DNA of 64,000 nucleotides from an uncultured virus (IMG/VR IMGVR_UViG_3300020048_000102) (lineage: Duplodnaviria > Heunggongvirae > Uroviricota > Caudoviricetes), in the IMG/VR virus record IMGVR_UViG_3300020048_000102. One strand, given 5' to 3'. Positions 57,401 to 64,000 of the stretch are shown piece after piece. A program made the translations under genes and the position numbers. The first letter of the stretch is position 1; every line of letters starts with the position of its first letter. A model generated the notes under the pieces. It was not told the origin of the DNA and did not search any database. It worked only from the letters and a program-made list of their open reading frames with translations.

Positions 57401-60400
57401 TTAAAATTGAAAGTATTTATTTGGGTCTGAGCGATCACCGTTCCAGAACTTGCTCCATCCACTTTGTTTTGGAGGTCCGACAGACTGAGAATTTTGCCCG
57501 TTGACTTCGGTTTGATATTTTATTTCTGTTTGATAGAGTTTTTCATTTGCTGCAGCCAATTGTTCTACGGCAGCGGAATACGCACGTTCTACGGCCGCGT
57601 TGGTTCCTCTGTCCATACTTCTAGGAACTGGACGTTTTCTAGAAGCATCTAGTTCTGCCACTCGACGTTGTAGAACTTGTATTTCGTCCTCGTTCGTTCG
57701 AATTTCTCGTTGCAGTTCGCTTTGTGTTTTTAATTGATCTCCGATATCTCTAGATTCCACATATGGCGCTGCCTCTTCTTTGGTAGGGATACTTGCCAGT
57801 GGAGCTGGAATTCTAGGGTCTTCATTTACTTGACCCTGCTTGGATACAATTTCTGTTTTTACAAAAGTTTCTGTGGCTACTATGGCCGATTTAATTTGCC
57901 CGCCTGCCTTGCCTACTGCATTGAGTGCTCCTTGAATACTACTTGCTATTCCTGCTACGCTGGCTGTAACAGATTTTACTATCTGTGCCGGTAAATTAAG
58001 TGCTGTATTTACTAACGTTGTGGCAGTATTAACTACTCCAGAAACTACTCCAGTTACTATTCCAGTCGCAGTATTAACTACACCAGTGGCGGCATTAGAT
58101 ATTCCCTTGATAGTATTATCTACTAAGTTACCGGTTAGACCTGATGCAGATTGAAGATTTCCAGTACCAACTTGTCTAACTGAGTTTTTAACATTGTTGA
58201 CGACATTTCCGGCAGATGATTGAACTTGTGACATAGATGAACTTAATCCTCCAGGTAAACTATTAATTCCACTGTTGGCCGAAGTTGCTTGAGATTTAAA
58301 TATTCCACTGACTCGTTGTCCAACCGAATTAAATGTGTTACTAACTGAATCAATAGCACTATTGATTCCTCCGCTAAGGAATGAAGAACTAGCACTTGCT
58401 CCTCGTTGTCGTGCTTGAGATGCTCGTTTTTCAGCCTCTTGTAGTGCCTGATAATTTTCAGGAGTAGCAGAATTTCTATATGCTTTTGTTGCACTAAAGA
58501 CCAGTTCTTCTGTTACTGTTATTTCCTGTTCTGCAGCGGCATACTGTGCTCCGGCAGAAGATGGATCAATTGATGGCTCTATTACTTCTCCATCACCTAA
58601 AACGTTTGGAGCATTTGCCGTTAAGTTTTGATAAGATTTTTCAATAGTGTTAAAGGCATTTCTAAGAGTTCCCTGTAGTGCAGTAGTGGCAGCAGCGATG
58701 GATTTTCCTAATCCCGCGACGGTACTAGATATTGCACTCGATACACTTGATGCCAAGCCTGATAATCCATTGCTTAAACTATCGCTAAGTTGTCCAGCGT
58801 ATTTTCCGCTACTGATAGATTCTACTACCTGACTTGCTTTACTGTAGACTTTCACCGCAGTGTTTGCTACTTGAGTAACCGTGTTTGCCACACCCTGAAC
58901 CACCGCTACACCGGCGTTGATTGTTCCAGCCACCGTTGCTCCGATACCGGCAATAACTCCAGTAACGGCGTTGATTCCGTAATTCGCTGTTGCTAATATT
59001 AAACCTCCAGCCTGTCCTGCAGCCTCTTGACCAGTTAAGATTCCAGCGTTTCTAAGTTGAGTGCTTGCTCCAATAATACTATTAGACACGGCAGACATTT
59101 GAACTGATGTATTTCTTAACACTGATAGTGGACTTGTTGCTCCCCAATTTCCTGTGACTAATCCCTGTATCGCTTTTTCATACGGCATACCCTGTGCTAT
59201 TCTTGCCTGAACCAGTGATTCACTACCAGGTTTAAGAATTTGGCCTGGGGCGGTTGCTTGAGTCAGTGTTACTCCGCCTGGGCCAGGTAAAATACCAGCG
59301 CCTCGTTTCGTTAGTGTGTCAGTCGAAGATCCAGTGTCGCCAAAATCATACACTATGTCGCTGAATTCTTCACCCAGTCCAGATATCGCCGTAACAGTTA
59401 GTGTTTCGCCTGTTCTACTTGTTCTTGCCGTTTGATTTGTTGCACGTCTAGCAGCAGTTGGCTGTCGACCATCTGGCAATGTGCTGTTATTTACTGCCTG
59501 TTGAGCGGCAAGTGTAGTAGTTACTGGAGTTCCCAAGTTGCTGTTGATTGGCGGTTGAGTAGGAACAGTTGATGCCACCGTTGTTGTAACTGCCTTTTTA
59601 GGAGTGTTCGACGTAGCCGTATTGACTTGGTCGGTCACTGTTGTTGTTACGGGAACGCTGCTGTTTACCGCCGATGATACTTTAACATCAACTCCCTTTC
59701 CGGCTTCGGCCCAGGGTTGATGAGTGGGAGTTCTGGTAGTAACAGATAATAGGGCAGTTGGACTTGGGAACATCCAACCCTTGGAGGTACTAAAAGCAGT
59801 ATCTAAATGATTTACTTTTGGTATTACCGGTATCGTTACCGGAACTGTTCCCGTTTGTCCTGTATTAAGATTAACCTTTGCGCCATTAATGTAAGTTGTT
59901 CCAGAACTAGCCAAACTGCCAGTTCCGCCACTTAATAAACTTAAATCGCCGTCAGACTTAACTGTGTATTTTCCCACAGAGTATTGAGCAAATGTAGCGC
60001 CTGAACGAATATTTAGATTGTTATCTGTTTCAAGATTAGCATCTTTAGCGTAAAAATTAAAGTTTCGTTTAGCGTTAATATTGACATCACGGTCAGCATG
60101 TAGGTTTAAATCACCCTGTGTACGAATGTTGACCGAGTTCGTAGAGAACATATCTATTGTTCCCTCTTTACCTAATTCTATCCAACTTTGTCCATTAGCG
60201 TGACAAATGAATAATGTTTGTCCACTATCACTCATAATGATTTGATGACCGTCAGCGGTTCTGAATCTCATTAACTGATCTTTGCCGTCAATAGTACCGT
60301 CATCCATAACAATACTATGTCCGCCGGTTTTACCTATGCTTTGTAGTTTTGACTGATCTTCAGTTTGTGCCGCCTGTTTAATATTACTATTATTGTATCC

Positions 60401-61114
60401 GCCAGAATAAATTGTTCTACCAGGAGTTGAAATTCCAAATACTCTACTCGGCGTTTCACGTTGTGCGCTACTACTAATTGTTCCACGAATATTATCTCGA
60501 ACTAATCCCTGTTGTAGTAGTATGCTGGCCTGATAACTTTGAACCGGCTTAGGATCGGTAGCGATTGTTGAACTATTTCTTAAATTTGGGTTATCATAAT
60601 TAATTTCGCCTACCGGTAAACGATCTGCGCCGCCGTATGTCTCAGATTCGCCCTTGTTTGGAACTACGACATTACTAGATCCTAATCCAGGAGTCATTTG
60701 CAATAACCCTGTTTTCGGTATACATCCTAGATAATATCCTTGATTAGCATCTCCGTTAACGAAAATACAGATAACTTCAGTTCCGAGATCGGGAGCAGTA
60801 GCCCAGAATCCATAACTTTGGGGATTCTCGACAAATTTTCCGTATCCAGTTGTGTCATTTCCACCTTCAATACTTTTTTCTTTAGTCGATACTCCATAAA
60901 ACGGACTCAAATACCCTACTGTAATCCAATTAGTACTATCATCGGGGTCTTCGGAACCCACATTGGCAATGAAGACTTGAATTCTACCACTCTTACTAGG
61001 GTCAACATTGTTTTTAACTACGCCTATTACTGGTTCTGTTATCAGCGCAGCACCGCCATGGTCAGATTTATATTCTTTTGGTTTTCCTGAAAATATTTGA
61101 TTATTCTGTGACAT
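57401..61114 (-). CDS. Baseplate central spike, gp5/VgrG-like, with long C-terminal extension
   Basis: OB-fold GVVKNNVDPSKSGRIQVFI...W...SPFYG...PDLGTEV; GHSIVMDDG, RTADGHQI, GQSWIEL beta-helix-like repeats. Confidence 0.8.
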   Translation of the reverse strand: MSQNNQIFSGKPKEYKSDHGGAALITEPVIGVVKNNVDPSKSGRIQVFIANVGSEDPDDSTNWITVGYLSPFYGVSTKEKSIEGGNDTTGYGKFVENPQSYGFWATAPDLGTEVICIFVNGDANQGYYLGCIPKTGLLQMTPGLGSSNVVVPNKGESETYGGADRLPVGEINYDNPNLRNSSTIATDPKPVQSYQASILLQQGLVRDNIRGTISSSAQRETPSRVFGISTPGRTIYSGGYNNSNIKQAAQTEDQSKLQSIGKTGGHSIVMDDGTIDGKDQLMRFRTADGHQIIMSDSGQTLFICHANGQSWIELGKEGTIDMFSTNSVNIRTQGDLNLHADRDVNINAKRNFNFYAKDANLETDNNLNIRSGATFAQYSVGKYTVKSDGDLSLLSGGTGSLASSGTTYINGAKVNLNTGQTGTVPVTIPVIPKVNHLDTAFSTSKGWMFPSPTALLSVTTRTPTHQPWAEAGKGVDVKVSSAVNSSVPVTTTVTDQVNTATSNTPKKAVTTTVASTVPTQPPINSNLGTPVTTTLAAQQAVNNSTLPDGRQPTAARRATNQTARTSRTGETLTVTAISGLGEEFSDIVYDFGDTGSSTDTLTKRGAGILPGPGGVTLTQATAPGQILKPGSESLVQARIAQGMPYEKAIQGLVTGNWGATSPLSVLRNTSVQMSAVSNSIIGASTQLRNAGILTGQEAAGQAGGLILATANYGINAVTGVIAGIGATVAGTINAGVAVVQGVANTVTQVANTAVKVYSKASQVVESISSGKYAGQLSDSLSNGLSGLASSVSSAISSTVAGLGKSIAAATTALQGTLRNAFNTIEKSYQNLTANAPNVLGDGEVIEPSIDPSSAGAQYAAAEQEITVTEELVFSATKAYRNSATPENYQALQEAEKRASQARQRGASASSSFLSGGINSAIDSVSNTFNSVGQRVSGIFKSQATSANSGINSLPGGLSSSMSQVQSSAGNVVNNVKNSVRQVGTGNLQSASGLTGNLVDNTIKGISNAATGVVNTATGIVTGVVSGVVNTATTLVNTALNLPAQIVKSVTASVAGIASSIQGALNAVGKAGGQIKSAIVATETFVKTEIVSKQGQVNEDPRIPAPLASIPTKEEAAPYVESRDIGDQLKTQSELQREIRTNEDEIQVLQRRVAELDASRKRPVPRSMDRGTNAAVERAYSAAVEQLAAANEKLYQTEIKYQTEVNGQNSQSVGPPKQSGWSKFWNGDRSDPNKYFQF

Positions 61115-61127
61115 TGTTTATTCCGTT

Positions 61128-63590
61128 TTATGACGCAATTATTTGTGTAATTCCACGAATTCCGGTGAAATCAAAATTTTGTTCTTCTATTCTCTCGGTA
61201 ACTTCTGGAATTGTTTTAGGCGTAGGTGTGATATTTTTATCATCATCCGGCGACGGCGGAGTTAATACGTACGGCGATGTTACATCTGTACCGCCTTCCT
61301 CTGTAAATCCCCCTCCTAGAGACTGTTTTTCGATAGCGAATCCGATATCAGCATCTTCTTGATCAAGCGAGCCTCTAATATCACTATTAGTCGTAGTAGG
61401 AATAATAGAACGACCCGTATCATTGTTCTTTGAGCCAATCAATGCACTATCAGGAACTAGTAACAAACTTAATACTTGTGTAAATGAACCCTTACTCATA
61501 GTGGACTCAACTGAAATTACCTCATAAACTACTCCACTAATCTTGGCAGCCCTTAAAGTGTCATAATTTTCAGGACTGTAAAATTGAATATTATTCCTTA
61601 CGTTTAATAAACCCTTGTCGGTATAATCATCGGGTGAATTAAAACGAATTTCTATAAGAATTTGAGACGAAAATGGATTTATACTACCGTCAGAATTATT
61701 ATATATCGAACCGAGTGAATTTATTTTCCCTTGAGTTACTCCAACTGCTGTCATAAAGTAGTCAGGGTCTCCAATTATTTTTATTTTGGCTTCTACCTGA
61801 TCTTTCAAACTATATAAACTGGTTTTTACGTCCTGTGCGATAGTAGACCCTTGATTAAACTTAGTAGATGTAATGTCGCCGGTCGACACAGGCATAGGAA
61901 TTGTCGTTACTCCGTAGTTTGGAAATTTAGGTGATATTATTCTAGAATCTGTTGTTGCCGTAGTTAAAAAGTATTGAGAATTAAATGATTGATCAAATTT
62001 TAGAATCTCGGTGTTTTTTCCAGTAAACATATATTCATAATATTTGAATGGACCACGATATGGAGTCCTATTAGAAACATATTGACTTTTGATATTAACT
62101 ACTTCTTTTGGAATAATTTGATAGGTTATATCTAAAATAGGATAATTTGTTACTGGATCGACTCCTTTATTAATAGTCACGGTGTTAATAGTGTGAGATT
62201 CATAATTCAAATTATTTGGATTAGATTTTGAAGATGATTCGGTAGTTTGGTCTATAGACCTATTTAATCTACCGGTAACATAACTACTATTAGTAATAAT
62301 ATTGTCAATGATTTGAGTAATGGCGGTTCCGGCCGTAACCGTGACTTTTTGTTTAGTAACGTCAATGGTCTGTGCGTTAATGCTCTTAGTAACAGTGACA
62401 TCTTTAGTTGTTTGAGCGGAACTCATTGGCACACTTCCGAAATTCACTTCGAAATTATTTGGCAACGTTGCTGTCGCGATAGGACTATTATAATCTATTT
62501 TTCCCTTTTTATCTAAAAATACGATATTATATGTAGTTGCTTCGGATAAATATCCTTTATTTTTTAGATCTTGATTTTTTTGATTTAATATTTGTATCAA
62601 ACTGGTGGACGAGGAGAACTCGCCCTCGGATATAGAGCCGAGTAATAATTCACGAACTGTTCTTCCAGTCATTGAGATACTTCCTTTGACTGAACCATTT
62701 ATTTGACCATACGCTTGTTGTTCCGATGTAATTGCTGCCTCTATTGAATATTCTGTTGAGCGCTCATCAATACTATACTCGAACTTATTAATAAGGATAC
62801 TAAAATATCTTTCAGCTACACTATTTTTATCAGTACTTCCATTTAAAAAATTAGAAAATCTCGGGTCTGATGATTTCATTGGCAGACCATTAATATCATA
62901 CCCATAGAATTTAATTCCAATAATTAAATTCTGTTGAAATTTGTTGGAGCTGCCCCCGGAACTTGACTGATTTATTTTATTACTCATTTCCGATAAATCA
63001 GTGATAAAATTAAAGCCAAGAGGTTCAATAATTTTAAATTTAATATCAGTAGACGTTGTCGCTCCTTGTAAAGCATTTCCAGGCATAATAGTATTAAAAA
63101 TAAGGTCGTCTATGTAATAATCGTTTCCTTGCTGACCTTTGCCTAATTGTCTACTTTTTGTTATTAATCTTTGCTCAGCGGCGTTATTAACGCCAGCACT
63201 CTGTGCTACGATATACACGTCAGATCTAGTAGCTGGAAATTTTCCTCCACTAGAAACAAATTCGTTATTTGCCTCTTTGCTTACCATATACAATGTTATA
63301 CTATAGTTGTAACTACTAAATTCTGATAATATGTTGTTTCTTCTAATGCCAGGGGCGTCGATATATTCAGTATCTCGAATAGACTTTTGACCTGTGTTTC
63401 TCACACTGGTCATTGTTGTCGTGCCATTGGTATCGGCGACGGTGCTAACAGTGCCTCGATTTTGACTATCGTCACTTGATAAGTTTAATGATGCTAGTCT
63501 ACGTGCGCCCTCTAGGTTTTTGAAAGCGGCAAAAGCTTGAGCATATTCTCGTTCAGTTGCATAATTCTCTGGTACTGGTACTGTTGCCAT
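61128..63590 (-). CDS. Putative baseplate hub/tail protein (gp27-like position)
   Basis: NILSEFSSYNYSITL, FKIIEPLG, KYYEYMFTGKNTEIL, IKIIGDPDY, YEVISVESTMSKGSFTQVL; lies between the gp53-like and gp5-like genes. Confidence 0.65.
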   Translation of the reverse strand: MATVPVPENYATEREYAQAFAAFKNLEGARRLASLNLSSDDSQNRGTVSTVADTNGTTTMTSVRNTGQKSIRDTEYIDAPGIRRNNILSEFSSYNYSITLYMVSKEANNEFVSSGGKFPATRSDVYIVAQSAGVNNAAEQRLITKSRQLGKGQQGNDYYIDDLIFNTIMPGNALQGATTSTDIKFKIIEPLGFNFITDLSEMSNKINQSSSGGSSNKFQQNLIIGIKFYGYDINGLPMKSSDPRFSNFLNGSTDKNSVAERYFSILINKFEYSIDERSTEYSIEAAITSEQQAYGQINGSVKGSISMTGRTVRELLLGSISEGEFSSSTSLIQILNQKNQDLKNKGYLSEATTYNIVFLDKKGKIDYNSPIATATLPNNFEVNFGSVPMSSAQTTKDVTVTKSINAQTIDVTKQKVTVTAGTAITQIIDNIITNSSYVTGRLNRSIDQTTESSSKSNPNNLNYESHTINTVTINKGVDPVTNYPILDITYQIIPKEVVNIKSQYVSNRTPYRGPFKYYEYMFTGKNTEILKFDQSFNSQYFLTTATTDSRIISPKFPNYGVTTIPMPVSTGDITSTKFNQGSTIAQDVKTSLYSLKDQVEAKIKIIGDPDYFMTAVGVTQGKINSLGSIYNNSDGSINPFSSQILIEIRFNSPDDYTDKGLLNVRNNIQFYSPENYDTLRAAKISGVVYEVISVESTMSKGSFTQVLSLLLVPDSALIGSKNNDTGRSIIPTTTNSDIRGSLDQEDADIGFAIEKQSLGGGFTEEGGTDVTSPYVLTPPSPDDDKNITPTPKTIPEVTERIEEQNFDFTGIRGITQIIAS

Positions 63591-63593
63591 TAA

Positions 63594-63893
63594 TCATATT
63601 CCCAATGAAGATTGTAGGACATTCTGTTTTGGAATGTAAATTTTAATGCCTTGAACAAAATCAAATAGCGGGTCTTTTATAGTGTTTGGATTTCTCTGAG
63701 CGAACACCCACCATAATCTACTATCATTATATAAATCGCTTGCTAATAAATCCGGGCGAAGATTGTATACTGGTGTTATCTCCCAATACATGTCGGTTGG
63801 ATCACTGAAAATAGGTCTATTGACCATGATATCCAGATATTGTCTATTGACTACATCTGTTAAATAATATGGACTTGTTGGTGGATAATTCAT
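63594..63893 (-). CDS. Baseplate wedge protein, gp53/LysM-like
   Basis: RPDLLASDLYNDSRLWWVFAQRN...IYIP; start at MNYPP via TAATG coupling. Confidence 0.8.
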   Translation of the reverse strand: MNYPPTSPYYLTDVVNRQYLDIMVNRPIFSDPTDMYWEITPVYNLRPDLLASDLYNDSRLWWVFAQRNPNTIKDPLFDFVQGIKIYIPKQNVLQSSLGI

Positions 63894-64000
63894 TACCACA
63901 TACCTCCGCCGGTTCCTGGATTAACACTGCCTCGTAATAATTTTCCACTAGCGTAATCTCTAAGACTAAACTTGTTGCTAACGGCATTTCTAGTAGCGAT
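63893..64000 (-). CDS. C-terminal end of an upstream tail/baseplate gene (5'-partial)
   Basis: Open frame IATRNAVSNKFSLRDYASGKLLRGSVNPGTGGGMW*, whose TAA overlaps the next ATG. Confidence 0.6.
   Translation of the reverse strand: MATRNAVSNKFSLRDYASGKLLRGSVNPGTGGGMW

Noticed and set aside
1..64000. Stop-codon reassignment (alternative genetic code)
   Set aside because: Standard-code ORFs tile the window densely, including a 12.7-kb ORF, and TAA, TGA and TAG all terminate plausible genes.

Overview
A 64-kb slice of a large, AT-rich, T4-like (myovirus-type) dsDNA phage genome, probably an uncultured environmental jumbo-type phage. It is almost entirely encoded on the minus strand and reads in the standard genetic code. 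In transcription order (right to left) it holds: (1) a baseplate/tail module (gp53-like, hub-like, gp5-like spike, gp25, gp6-like wedge and a 4243-aa giant structural protein); (2) small virion and fibre proteins; (3) a ~14-kb glycan/'decoration' enzyme island with several glycosyltransferase-like genes, three radical-SAM enzymes, an SGNH-like protein and a NodU/CmcH carbamoyltransferase; (4) two long tail fibres; (5) an early region with five near-consensus sigma70 promoters, a small lipoprotein, a bacterial-type GH/RTX/DUF4214 protein and a MoxR-AAA + VWA pair; (6) thyA, an NDP-sugar epimerase, a GT9 and a probable protease-processed internal head polyprotein running off the left edge. The best lead is a ~70-nt non-coding leader shared by two GIY-YIG endonuclease genes 41 kb apart; its hairpin shows compensatory base changes between the two copies. 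Other leads are promoter duplications flanking endonuclease cassettes, eight W-x4-W-x4-W motifs in the giant baseplate protein, a near-perfect 204-bp coding tandem repeat and apparently leaderless transcripts. All product calls come from motif recognition by eye, not database searches. No tRNA, rRNA or CRISPR array was seen.
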